Assembly (NCBI GenBank): GCA_009839485.1
Contig: VXPQ01000038.1
Location: forward strand, 9,153 to 73,152
Direction of reading: 5' to 3'
Length of the DNA stretch: 64,000 nt
Origin: Bacteroidetes bacterium SB0662_bin_6
GTDB lineage: Bacteria > Bacteroidota > Rhodothermia > Rhodothermales > VXPQ01
Shown: piece by piece, positions 1 to 9,283 of the stretch
How positions within the stretch are numbered: the stretch's first letter is position 1
How the letters are laid out: each line of letters opens with the position of its first letter
Position numbers and translations under genes: made by a program
Notes under the pieces: generated by a model
Seen by the model: only the letters and a program-made list of their open reading frames with translations
What the model was told of the DNA's origin: nothing
Databases searched by the model: none

Positions 1-1
1 C

Positions 2-1417
2 GACCGACAGAATATCCCGAACGTTACCGACATCGACTGCGACGGCATGCCGGATTTGTTCATTGGACGCATTGACGGCACCGTCATGCGGTATGAAGCC
101 GTCGAAACCGAGCCCGCGCCCGTATTTCAACTCGTTACGGAAAACTTTGAGGACATTCGGATTGTGGCTCAGTTCGGGCAACCCGGCATGCCCGCCCCGG
201 CAGCCCTTCCGAATATTCCGGGGACTAATGACGACTTTATGAACGAGGGGCCGTCTCCGGGAAAAGATGTTTTTGCCGAAGACACGCAAAACCGCTCCGA
301 TCCGCTGCATGGAGCCAATACCATGACCTTTGCCGATATCGACGGCGACAACGACCAGGATCTGTTCTGGGGAGATTTCTTCGAGCCCGGCCTGCTGTAC
401 ATCGAAAACACAGGAGCCTGCGCCCGGCCTCGCCTGCGCACTACGCCCGTTCCCTTTCCGATCGACGATCCGCTCCAGTCCAGTGGATACAATGCTCCTT
501 CCTTCGGAGACCTCGACAACGACGGGGATATGGATCTGCTGGCAGGAGTCCTCGGGGGAGCGTTCAACCCGAACAGGACCGCGCAATCCAATCTGTATAT
601 GTACGAACAGCTTCCCGAAGAACGGTTTGCGCTGCGCACGACCCGGTTCATGGATCAGATCGATGTGGGAAGCGAAAGCTATCCCGTACTGGTGGATATG
701 GATGCGGACGGCGACGAAGACCTGCTCATCTCCAATAAAATCTCATCGGAAGACGGGCGCACCGCCTCGCTGGCATACTTCGAAAATGTGGACGGCGCAT
801 ACCGTACCGGAGAAGCGCCTGCCTTCTTTCCCGCCTATCATTACGCGCCGGCCTTCGCAGACCTGGATGCCGACGGGGACCACGATCTTCTGCTCGGGAC
901 ATGGAACGACGGCATCGCATGGTACCGCAACGAAGGCGCCCCCGGAACACCGGACTTCGTTTTGCAACAGCGGGCATACATCCGGTTGACCCGCGGCAGC
1001 CACACCACGCCGGCCCTGGTGGACATCGACGACGACGGCGATCTGGACCTGTTCGTCGGCGAAACATCCGGGACCATCAATTTCTACCGGAACGCAGGAA
1101 CCGCTTCCGCCCCGGTCTTCGAATTCGTTTCCGACGAATACGCCGGGATCGATGTCGGACGCCGCAGCGTGCCGACGTTTATCGATACAGACCGCGATGG
1201 GGACCTGGACATGATTGTCGGAAGCGAGCATGAGGGGCTTCTCCTGTTCCGCAATCTGGGAGACCGGACCACCCCCCTGTTCGGGGAGAGCGAACCACTG
1301 CCGTACGATGTGCCCGAAGCAGCCGTCCCGTCCTTCGGTGACCCGGATGGCGACGGCGCCCTCGAACTCATGGTCGGCGGATACAGTGGAGGACTGCTGT
1401 ATTTTGACGGACCGTGA
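2..1417 (+). CDS. FG-GAP/VCBS repeat protein, 5' end outside the window
   Basis: The frame is open back to the window edge (pos 2-46 read ...DIDCDG before MPDLFIG). Seven or more copies of the Ca-binding signature DxDxDGxxDLxxG occur at regular spacing: DIDGDNDQDLFWG, DLDNDGDMDLLAG, DMDADGDEDLLIS, DLDADGDHDLLLG, DIDDDGDLDLFVG, DTDRDGDLDMIVG, DPDGDGALELMVG. Confidence 0.8.
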   Translation, partial: DRQNIPNVTDIDCDGMPDLFIGRIDGTVMRYEAVETEPAPVFQLVTENFEDIRIVAQFGQPGMPAPAALPNIPGTNDDFMNEGPSPGKDVFAEDTQNRSDPLHGANTMTFADIDGDNDQDLFWGDFFEPGLLYIENTGACARPRLRTTPVPFPIDDPLQSSGYNAPSFGDLDNDGDMDLLAGVLGGAFNPNRTAQSNLYMYEQLPEERFALRTTRFMDQIDVGSESYPVLVDMDADGDEDLLISNKISSEDGRTASLAYFENVDGAYRTGEAPAFFPAYHYAPAFADLDADGDHDLLLGTWNDGIAWYRNEGAPGTPDFVLQQRAYIRLTRGSHTTPALVDIDDDGDLDLFVGETSGTINFYRNAGTASAPVFEFVSDEYAGIDVGRRSVPTFIDTDRDGDLDMIVGSEHEGLLLFRNLGDRTTPLFGESEPLPYDVPEAAVPSFGDPDGDGALELMVGGYSGGLLYFDGP

Positions 1418-1491
1418 CCTCTCAGCGAGAGCGGATATCCGTAACGATCCGCTACCGAACATAAACAGGCTTCCGTATACAAAGCAGCCCG

Positions 1492-2712
1492 GTGAAAACT
1501 TTCATTTCGTTTCCGGAAGCGCGGGACATCGTCCTGGATCATCTGCCTGATCCGCATGAAGACGTCACGGGCCTCGACAGGGCCCTTGGCAAAACGCTGG
1601 GCCGACCTGTTGCCGCCGCCGAAAACATTCCTCCGTTCGACAACTCGGCGATGGACGGTTTTGCCGTGCGGGCACAGGATGTGCCTGCACCGGGCGTATG
1701 TCTGCCGCTCGCCGGCGAAATCTCTGCAGGATGCAGCGATACGCACCCCCTTGCACCGGGCACCTGTGTCCGCATCATGACGGGCGCCCCCTTGCCGGAA
1801 GGAGCGAACGCCGTGATCCCCATCGAGGTCGCAGAAGTGCATGCTGAGGAAAACTCCGTAACGTTCCTTAAGGCAGCAAGCCCCGGCGATCATGTGCGGT
1901 CGGCCGGGCAAGACATGCCCCGGGGCCGCACGGTGCTGGAAGCAGGAAACGTATTGAGCCCTGCCGACATTGCCGTGCTCGCCTCACTGGGCCAGGTGCA
2001 GGTTCCGATTGCGCGCCCACCTGAAGTATCTATCGTTACGACGGGCAACGAACTGATCGAACCATCCGAAGCGCTGCGCCCCGGCAAGATCCGCAACGCG
2101 AACGGCCCGGCGCTGGCAGCGCAAATCGCTACGGCAGGCGGACAAGTATATGGTCAATTTCACGCCCGCGACACACGGGAAGCCGTCCGCAATGCGCTCG
2201 AAGCCGCCTGCAAGGGCGATATGCTGGTTATATCCGGAGGCGTTTCCGTGGGAGACTACGACTTCGTGAAGGAGGTGCTTGAAGACATGGGGCTATCCAT
2301 GCTGTTCTGGCGGGTACGCCAACGGCCCGGCAAGCCGCTCGTCTTCGGGCTACTTGGAGATATCCCTGTCTTCGGACTGCCCGGCAATCCGGTTTCCTCC
2401 GCGGTCTGCTTCGAGGCGTACGTGCGTCCTGCCCTTGCCGGCATGCTGGGACGGCAAGACACGTTGCCCCGGCTCGAATCTGCTGTGCTGGGCAAGGACA
2501 TTCCCAAAAAACGGGGACTGCATCATTTCGTGCCGGGACGGGCGCGCTGGACAGAACGCAGGTTGATCGTTGCGCCTGCGGGGCCGCAAGGATCCCATAT
2601 CGTTTCGTCGCTGGCGCTGGCGGACGGCCTCATTCATCTTCCGGAATCCCTCGATGAAGCGCCTGCAGGCATGCCCGTTTCCTTTGAACGCCTGCATTGG
2701 GAACACCCATGA
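1492..2712 (+). CDS. moeA: Molybdopterin molybdenumtransferase MoeA
   Basis: 406 aa with MoeA/gephyrin-E hallmarks: PPFDNSAMDGFAV, IMTGAPLPEGANAV, ISGGVSVGDYDFVK, GLPGNPVSS. Lies next to moaA. Confidence 0.88.
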   Translation: MKTFISFPEARDIVLDHLPDPHEDVTGLDRALGKTLGRPVAAAENIPPFDNSAMDGFAVRAQDVPAPGVCLPLAGEISAGCSDTHPLAPGTCVRIMTGAPLPEGANAVIPIEVAEVHAEENSVTFLKAASPGDHVRSAGQDMPRGRTVLEAGNVLSPADIAVLASLGQVQVPIARPPEVSIVTTGNELIEPSEALRPGKIRNANGPALAAQIATAGGQVYGQFHARDTREAVRNALEAACKGDMLVISGGVSVGDYDFVKEVLEDMGLSMLFWRVRQRPGKPLVFGLLGDIPVFGLPGNPVSSAVCFEAYVRPALAGMLGRQDTLPRLESAVLGKDIPKKRGLHHFVPGRARWTERRLIVAPAGPQGSHIVSSLALADGLIHLPESLDEAPAGMPVSFERLHWEHP

Positions 2713-2764
2713 CGGCAACAGAGATGTTTCTTTCGGCCGGTCCGGGGCCGGAACCGCCTGCCGC

Positions 2765-3754
2765 CTATCCCCCGATCAGGATCATGGGGCGATTTTCCTG
2801 ATCAACCAGTTGGAGCATACCCGCGTGCGCGGCCTTCTTCCGCAACACGGCGCTCCGGATCGCCTCTTCCAGTTCCCCATCCGAAGCCCCGGCACGAAGC
2901 AAATCGCGCAGGCTTACCTCAGCATGCCCGAAAAGGCATACCTTCAACGATCCGTCGGCGGTAAGACGGAGCCGATTGCACGTCCCGCAGAATTTTTCGC
3001 TCATCGACGTGATAAACCCCACCGTGCCCCGGTACCCCGGAACACGCCAGGTTTTCGACGTGGCATGCGGTCCGTCTTCCAATCGAACCAGTCCGGGATG
3101 AACCATGCGGATGCGCTCCAGCATGTCTGCATACGGAACAAATCCGTTTTCGGACCAGCTATTGCCCTGAAAAGGCATATATTCGATAAACCGGACTCCG
3201 ATCGGGGCGTCTCGCGTCAACTCCACGAAATCGGGTACCTCGTCGTCGTTCACCCCGTGCATGACTACACAATTCACCTTCACCGGGCTGTAGCCGTACG
3301 CAATCGTCAGGTCGATGGCTTGCAATACCTCTTCGAGGCCTTTGCGCCGGGTAATCGTTTCAAATCTCTCCGGCACGAGGGTATCCAGACTGATGTTGAT
3401 CGCATTGACTCCGGCGGCATGGAGACGGGGCAGTTTTTTCGGCAACAGCATGCCGTTCGTGGTAAGAGCCAGCGTCCTGAGCCCGGGCAAGCGTCCCAGC
3501 CTTTCCGCCAGGTCTTCCATATGCTTACGCACAAGGGGCTCACCGCCCGTGAGTCGAATTTTATCGACGCCGCGGCAAACGAAAATGCGCGCGAGTCGTT
3601 CGATCTCCTCGAAAGTAAGCAATTCGCTTCGGGGCGAGAGGTCTACCCCTTCCTCCGGCATACAATACCGGCAGCGCAAGTTGCACCGCTCCGTAATGGA
3701 AATGCGAAGACAGGTATGCCGGCGTCCGAAGCGATCAGTGAACATAACAGACAA
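2765..3754 (-). CDS. moaA: GTP 3',8-cyclase MoaA (radical SAM)
   Basis: N-terminal radical-SAM motif CNLRCRYCMP, GGEPL, and C-terminal second-cluster motif CGTCNRLRLTADG. 329 aa is the typical length. Confidence 0.92.
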   Translation of the reverse strand: MSVMFTDRFGRRHTCLRISITERCNLRCRYCMPEEGVDLSPRSELLTFEEIERLARIFVCRGVDKIRLTGGEPLVRKHMEDLAERLGRLPGLRTLALTTNGMLLPKKLPRLHAAGVNAINISLDTLVPERFETITRRKGLEEVLQAIDLTIAYGYSPVKVNCVVMHGVNDDEVPDFVELTRDAPIGVRFIEYMPFQGNSWSENGFVPYADMLERIRMVHPGLVRLEDGPHATSKTWRVPGYRGTVGFITSMSEKFCGTCNRLRLTADGSLKVCLFGHAEVSLRDLLRAGASDGELEEAIRSAVLRKKAAHAGMLQLVDQENRPMILIGG

Positions 3755-3825
3755 GAATAAACGAGCATCCCTGCGGACAAAATCAAACGCTCCGGCGCAG
3801 GTTTCGATCCAGAGGTAAACACTCC

Positions 3826-5253
3826 TTGTCCCCCAAGAAACCTTCTCTTATCAATCTCTCCCAACGTCCCGGCACTTGGGGACGCGCCGTACTCGAAGCC
3901 ATTCGCGGAACGCATCAGGACTTCACTTCCGGCAGCCTCGTGCGCGCCGTCGTGCTGCTGTCCATTCCGATGGTGCTGGAGATGCTCATGCAATCCGTCT
4001 TCGAGTTTGCAGACATTTTCTTTGTCAGCCGGCTGGGAGCGGATGCAGTGGCGGCGGTGGGTATCGGCGCCTCGCTGCTGATTTTCGTATTCGCCACGGG
4101 CATTGGCCTGAGCATGGCGGTCACTGCCATGGTGGCCCGGCGAATCGGGGAAAAGAATCCCGAGGCAGCGTCCGCCACGGCCTGGCAAGCCATCATTGCG
4201 GGCGTTGCGATTTCCATCCCGTTCTCCGTGGTCGGCATCGTGTTCGCCCCCGATATGCTCCGCCTCATGGGCGCCACGGAAGAGGTGGTGGAATACGGTA
4301 CCACGTACGTCGCCATCCTCTTCGGCAGCAACATCACCATCCTGCTTCTTTTTCTCATCAACGCCATTTTCAGGGGGGCCGGCGACGCCGTATTCGCCAT
4401 GCGGGCACTGGCCATTGCAAATCTTCTGAATATTGCACTCGACCCCCTGTTCATTTTCGGTTTGGGACCCATTCCCGCCATGGGCATCACCGGAGCGGCC
4501 ATCGCAACGGCTATTTCACGAGCCACGGGCATCGCCTATCAACTCCTCGTGCTGTTCCGGGGCAGCGGACGATTGACGATACGGCGCAAAGCGATGCACA
4601 CGAACAGGAAACTTTTGCAGCGCATGCTGAAAATTTCCGGACCGGGTATCGTGCAATACCTGATCGCTTCAGCCAGCTGGATCGCCATCATACGTCTTGT
4701 AGCGGTATTCGGCAGCGAGGCGGTAGCGGGGTATACGATCGGGGTACGTGTCGTCATCTTCGCCATTCTGCCCGCGTGGGGCATGGCCAATGCAGCCGCC
4801 ACGCTGACCGGGCAAAACCTCGGCGCCGGGCAGCCTGACCGGGCTGCACGATCCGTGTGGATTACTGCCGGCGCCAGCGCGTCCATTCTTGCACTCGCAG
4901 GGATCGGTCTGATCATGACATCCAACAGCATCATGTGCCTTTTCACCGACCAACCCGGGGTGATCGAGGTCGGGGCGCTGCTCTTGCGCTATCTCGGCGG
5001 CAGTTACCCCTTCCTGGCGCTCGGCATGACCATGCTGCAGGCCTTCAACGGGGCCGGTGACACCGTTACGCCTACATGGATCAATTTCTTCTGCGGATGG
5101 CTCTTCCAGATTCCCACAGCGTTGCTTCTGGCGCATACGCTGGGCCTTGGTACAGAAGGTATTTTCATAGGCGTTGCAGCTACCCAGGTAGTGTATGCCG
5201 CAGTGGGGATCGCATGGTTCCGGCGCGGACGCTGGAAGCTGAAGGTGGTGTAA
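3826..5253 (+). CDS. MATE family efflux transporter
   Basis: 475 aa, polytopic and hydrophobic (about 12 TM segments by eye). The N-terminus SIPMVLEMLMQSVFEFADIFFVSRLG is typical of NorM/DinF-type MATE proteins. Confidence 0.8.
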   Translation: MSPKKPSLINLSQRPGTWGRAVLEAIRGTHQDFTSGSLVRAVVLLSIPMVLEMLMQSVFEFADIFFVSRLGADAVAAVGIGASLLIFVFATGIGLSMAVTAMVARRIGEKNPEAASATAWQAIIAGVAISIPFSVVGIVFAPDMLRLMGATEEVVEYGTTYVAILFGSNITILLLFLINAIFRGAGDAVFAMRALAIANLLNIALDPLFIFGLGPIPAMGITGAAIATAISRATGIAYQLLVLFRGSGRLTIRRKAMHTNRKLLQRMLKISGPGIVQYLIASASWIAIIRLVAVFGSEAVAGYTIGVRVVIFAILPAWGMANAAATLTGQNLGAGQPDRAARSVWITAGASASILALAGIGLIMTSNSIMCLFTDQPGVIEVGALLLRYLGGSYPFLALGMTMLQAFNGAGDTVTPTWINFFCGWLFQIPTALLLAHTLGLGTEGIFIGVAATQVVYAAVGIAWFRRGRWKLKVV

Positions 5254-5379
5254 ATAAAAATCGCGGGCGATGGAATGACGCACGGGTTCGAAGCATCCAA
5301 CTTCCGAAAGCCGACGGAAATTCGGAAACGATGCGGCTTTGCATCTCAGGTCCATTCATCACCATACGGTATTCCTATA

Positions 5380-5817
5380 ATGAAACGCCTTCTGCATATC
5401 CTGACAGGCATCACGACCATGACTGCCTGTCTATTGCTCACCCCGCCTGTGCTTGCACAGGACAGCGCCGTCCAGGACACCACGGCAAAGAAACACGCCT
5501 CGGACCGTATGGACCGGAACCTCAAATGGATGACAGAACGACTCGACCTTACGGACGAGCAAGCCGCCTCGGTGAAAGCCATCCTTGCGGAACACAGACA
5601 ATCCCTTGAAGAACTCGGAGAACGTCGACGCGCCTTGCAAGACGAATTAAAAAACTCCCTCGGAGAAGTATTGACCGAAGAGCAAATGGAAAAACTGGGC
5701 AAGGGCAGTTCCAGAGGCAAAAACGGGAGAGGAAAAAACATGAGGGGCAAACGCGGCGGAGATCGGGATCGGGGTAACCGCATGCGCGGCGGACGGGGAG
5801 GCGGACGCGGGCGATAA
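5380..5817 (+). CDS. Spy/CpxP-like periplasmic protein (LTxxQ motifs) with Arg/Gly-rich tail
   Basis: The ORF-track start (5275) was trimmed to the internal ATG at 5380, which gives a signal peptide MKRLLHILTGITTMTACLLLTPPVLAQ. LTxxQ-type helices LDLTDEQAASV and LTEEQMEKL are present. C-terminal tail GKNGRGKNMRGKRGGDRDRGNRMRGGRGGGRGR. Confidence 0.6.
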   Translation: MKRLLHILTGITTMTACLLLTPPVLAQDSAVQDTTAKKHASDRMDRNLKWMTERLDLTDEQAASVKAILAEHRQSLEELGERRRALQDELKNSLGEVLTEEQMEKLGKGSSRGKNGRGKNMRGKRGGDRDRGNRMRGGRGGGRGR

Positions 5818-5838
5818 CATACCCGCAGAACCCGGAAG

Positions 5839-5892
5839 CGCCGCAGTGGTACGAATGGCTTGGCAACTGTTCGTACCGCTCGGCGTTTTTTT
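5839..5892 (+). terminator. Intrinsic terminator after the Spy-like gene
   Basis: Arms 5839-5855 and 5870-5885 pair over about 16 bp (one bulge, one G-U) around a 14-nt loop. They are followed immediately by T7 (5886-5892). Confidence 0.7.
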
Positions 5893-6696
5893 ATGGATAT
5901 GCCATACCTTCAACGCACCATGCACGCACTCCTCTCTCTTAGACAAACGTTTGCCCTCACGGTGCTGGCTGCTACCCTGTTCACAGGATGTGGAAGCGCC
6001 GCCCTTGTGACGAGTTCCGAGCCCGGCGAGCCGGTCGTTGTGGACGCCCAACTGAATGAATGGGGCGGCAAACTGCAAACACTCAGCAGCAAAGACGGTC
6101 TGCTGGCCGGCGTGCAGAACGACGACAAGCACCTGTACCTTTCGCTCAGTACGAGAGATGTGGCGAGTATCGGGAGCATTATGCGCGCAGGATTGATTAT
6201 CTGGGTTGATCCTGCCGGCGGCAAGGAACAAACATTCGGGATTCGCTTTCCGCTTGGTCTGTCCATGGATGACGCCGGCGAACGCCGCCTCAGCGAAGGC
6301 GCGGCAGCCGACCGGGTTCGCATCGAGCGCTCAACACAGGAGGTGGAAATCATCGGGGCAGACGGACAAGCAATCCGCAGGCACAAAGACTCCATTCCAG
6401 GTATTGTCGCAGCGGTCGAGGCGGACCAGGGCGTACTCACCTACGAAATTCAGGTGCCTCTTGCGCACGCCGACGGGGTGTTGTATGCTATCGGGGCAAA
6501 ACCGGGCCAGGAAATAGGCGTCGGCATTGCTACCCCGGACGAGTTCGTCGTCAATGCGGCGCAGCAGCCCGGTTTCGGGGGGTTGCCGGGCGGTCGTATG
6601 GCCAGTGCGGAAGAACGGGGATACCGGGGAGTTCCTCAAGCGGGCCTTGGCATCAGCACATTCAAGGAATGGATGCTTGTAACGCTGGCGGAATAA
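5893..6696 (+). CDS. Hypothetical lipoprotein
   Basis: Lipobox LAATLFTGCGS follows a hydrophobic leader. Start set after the terminator (ATG 5893; alternative ATG 5920). No family recognised. Confidence 0.55.
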   Translation: MDMPYLQRTMHALLSLRQTFALTVLAATLFTGCGSAALVTSSEPGEPVVVDAQLNEWGGKLQTLSSKDGLLAGVQNDDKHLYLSLSTRDVASIGSIMRAGLIIWVDPAGGKEQTFGIRFPLGLSMDDAGERRLSEGAAADRVRIERSTQEVEIIGADGQAIRRHKDSIPGIVAAVEADQGVLTYEIQVPLAHADGVLYAIGAKPGQEIGVGIATPDEFVVNAAQQPGFGGLPGGRMASAEERGYRGVPQAGLGISTFKEWMLVTLAE

Positions 6697-6731
6697 CACA
6701 CGATACTTTTACGGGGCGCCCGCCTGCACGT

Positions 6732-7802
6732 ATGACCTCTCTCTCCCTCCTGACGCCCCGCCGCTCCCCCATCCTGCCGCGCATAGTATCGTACGCAGTT
6801 CTTGGCATAGCCTTTCTGGCGTCCCGCCCCGCGTTTGCGCAGCAACTCCCTGACGTCATCGCCGATGTCGGGGCGGAATATGCCGAATTATACCTCCAGC
6901 CCGTGGTGAACGCCTTCGGGGCGGATATCAATGCCGGACTGATCCACACTGCTAAAGTGGGTGGCGGGGCCCTTCCCTTCGACCTGTTTCTCGGCGTCAA
7001 AGTGATGGGCGCACTGATCCCGGAGGTCGACCGGACCCTCGATATCGCATACGAAACCCCCTACACATTCCACGCTCCGGACGGCAACCGGTACGACCTG
7101 CCCGTAACCTTCCGTATAAACGACGGCCCCACCGTATTCGGCGACACGTCGCCGGGAATCGTCACGGGAACTGTCCGGCAAACGGTACATCCCGGTGCGG
7201 ATGGACTGGACAACACCCCCGACGACATCGTCGTTGACAGTACCCTTTCATTCAACGTGCTGCCCGGTCTGTACGACGGATCGATTGCCCCCCTCGCTAT
7301 CCCGCAACTCGGCATCGGCTCACTGGCGGGTACAGACCTAATCGTCCGCTACCTTCCCCGTGTCAGCGACGAAAACTATGGTCACCTCCAATTCGTCGGC
7401 ATCGGATTGCGTCACAGCGTCGACCGCTATATACCGGGCCTGCCTTTCCGGATCGCCGGTCATTTCATGATGCAACGTCTTTTGATCACCAACTCAGCCA
7501 GTGAGGAAATCCTCACAACCTCCTCGATAGCTGCCGGTGTTGCCCTTAGCAAAACGTTCGTCTTCCTGACACTGTACGCAGGGATACAAACGGAAGAAAC
7601 TACCGTGAACGTGGATTACACGTTCGGAGAAGAGCTATCGGCGGTCGAAGGCGAGAATGTCTCCTTCGAATTGGCGGGAGATACGACGCTGCGTGGCATG
7701 GCAGGCGCTTCGCTCAAACTCGGCCCATTCCTCGTAAACGTGGAGGCAAGCCAGGGTAACCACAGAACCGTGCTCACCGCCGGCGTAGGGCTCGCGCTGT
7801 AA
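6732..7802 (+). CDS. Hypothetical secreted/outer-membrane protein
   Basis: The internal ATG at 6732 gives a signal peptide ...IVSYAVLGIAFLASRPAFAQQ. The C-terminal half has alternating beta-strand-like sequence. No family recognised. Confidence 0.5.
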   Translation: MTSLSLLTPRRSPILPRIVSYAVLGIAFLASRPAFAQQLPDVIADVGAEYAELYLQPVVNAFGADINAGLIHTAKVGGGALPFDLFLGVKVMGALIPEVDRTLDIAYETPYTFHAPDGNRYDLPVTFRINDGPTVFGDTSPGIVTGTVRQTVHPGADGLDNTPDDIVVDSTLSFNVLPGLYDGSIAPLAIPQLGIGSLAGTDLIVRYLPRVSDENYGHLQFVGIGLRHSVDRYIPGLPFRIAGHFMMQRLLITNSASEEILTTSSIAAGVALSKTFVFLTLYAGIQTEETTVNVDYTFGEELSAVEGENVSFELAGDTTLRGMAGASLKLGPFLVNVEASQGNHRTVLTAGVGLAL

Positions 7803-8197
7803 GGCTACGCCTCCGGTATTTGAAACCGGGGAACTATGGTACAGGATCAAGGGAGGAGCATAGCAACTCCTGCCCGGTTAGCTTCCTCTGTCCCATTCCC
7901 CCTATTGAGACAAACCCGAGCAGGTTCAGAAGAACCTGTCAGGGAGGAAGTAACCGGAGCAAGGAGTATGTGGCCCTGTTATAATGCCAAGGTAGATACG
8001 CCAAGAAAAACAACTTGTTTGTTTTTTAACTCTTAACAATTAAATAATGCATGATGTAATTTTATTGATTATTAGAAAAGAATGTGGTTTTATTCCCTTA
8101 TATAAAGGGATCTATTTTGTCACCTGCATAATAAACAGTATTTAGATAAATGAATTCGCGATGTTAAGATTTAATGAAGGGATGGCCCGTACCTACC

Positions 8198-9169
8198 TTA
8201 CAACGCCGCCTGCATCCTTTTCAGCGTGGCCATCGAAGCCGTTGCGATCAACTCAGGCCCGGGTTCAAAGTCGAACACCTCAAGGGATATCCACTTGTCG
8301 TAGCCATTATCCCGGAAGGCTTGTAACGCCGGCACGTACGTCTCAACGGCATCGCCGGTACCAAGGTACGTGCCGTCCATCTCCTGAATCTGGATGTGCC
8401 CGATATGATCGTAATAGGTATGGACCAGTTCGTCAAGCGGACTCGTTTCGTCTGCCGTGTTGTGAAAATCGAACATGGTCGAGACAGCCGGGTGGTTGAC
8501 CGCCTCGACCACAGTCAGCGCTTCGCCCAGCGTATTGATCACATCCGTCTGATCGCTGGACAACGGTTCAAGCAGCAACTGCACGCCATGCCCGGCAATG
8601 GACGGCGCCACGTCACGCAATCCGTTCGTCAGGTGCTCGACCGCCTCCCCGGTTGAAATACCCACCGAAGAACGCTGTCCGGGCGAACCGAAAATCATCA
8701 CCTTACCGCCAAGGTTCGCACAAAACTCCGCAAGTTTCACCATGTACTCCCAGCTCCTGCGGCGAATGGCCTCGTCGGGCGTGGTGGTATGCAGGCCTTC
8801 CGGCGTCACAAGCAGCCAGTGTAATCCCAGAATATCCACACCGGCTTCCTCGGCAATGCCCCGAAGTTCGGCCCGACGATCCGTCGATATGTCGTCTACA
8901 TGATCGCCCAGCGTAAAGGGCGCTACCTCAATCCCCTCATACCCCGCCTCGGCGGCGTACCTGCACTGCCGCGCCCAGTCCCAATCCTGCATGATCTCGT
9001 TGCAGATGGCGTATTTCCAGGAAGGTTGTACAACCGTTCCGGCGCCTTCTCCCGTCCCGGCGCCTTCCCCACCGCACCCGGAAACAAGTCCCCCGAAAGC
9101 GAATCCTCCGAGAGCAATGGATGAAGTTTCTAAAAAACGGCGGCGGTCCATGCGCTGCATAGCTGACAA
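8198..9169 (-). CDS. TAT-exported lipoprotein, sugar phosphate isomerase/epimerase (xylose-isomerase-like TIM barrel)
   Basis: Twin-arginine motif MDRRRFLETS followed by lipobox LVSGCGG. An 18-bp duplicated linker encodes GEGAGT GEGAGT. The body resembles AP-endonuclease-2/xylose-isomerase-like TIM barrels (HWLLVTPEG, MFDFHNTADE, HIQIQE). Confidence 0.7.
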   Translation of the reverse strand: MSAMQRMDRRRFLETSSIALGGFAFGGLVSGCGGEGAGTGEGAGTVVQPSWKYAICNEIMQDWDWARQCRYAAEAGYEGIEVAPFTLGDHVDDISTDRRAELRGIAEEAGVDILGLHWLLVTPEGLHTTTPDEAIRRRSWEYMVKLAEFCANLGGKVMIFGSPGQRSSVGISTGEAVEHLTNGLRDVAPSIAGHGVQLLLEPLSSDQTDVINTLGEALTVVEAVNHPAVSTMFDFHNTADETSPLDELVHTYYDHIGHIQIQEMDGTYLGTGDAVETYVPALQAFRDNGYDKWISLEVFDFEPGPELIATASMATLKRMQAAL

Positions 9170-9209
9170 AGGGTTTACACAGAAAAAATGCGATACGGGT
9201 AAGCGGTTA

Positions 9210-9283
9210 AGGATACTCTGATTAAGTCCGCAAAGCTCAGAGGCTGAAAGGGATTCGCTGGCAAGGAATGACGAAGCAGTGGG
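9210..9283 (+). repeat. Solo arm of the GGATACTCTGAT repeat family
   Basis: 9211-9283 is the reverse complement of 13176-13248 with scattered mismatches. Compare ggatactctgattaagtccgcaaagctcagagg...gctggcaaggaatgacgaag with cttcgtcattccttgccagcg...cctcagag..cttaatcagagtatcc. Confidence 0.8.

Noticed and set aside
2570-3760. 396-aa + strand ORF overlapping moaA
   Set aside because: It is antisense to a gene with unmistakable radical-SAM MoaA motifs. It is Arg/Pro/Gly-rich with no recognisable domain, which is the typical high-GC shadow ORF.
7830-8030. RNase P RNA or SRP RNA
   Set aside because: Short stretches (gggaggaagtaaccggagcaagg) superficially recall the RNase P GAGGAAAGTCCGG / CCGGAGCAAGG motifs and the SRP helix-8 motif. 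However, the segment is far too short for RNase P. It also lacks the GGAA tetraloop context and the conserved symmetric loop of SRP RNA.
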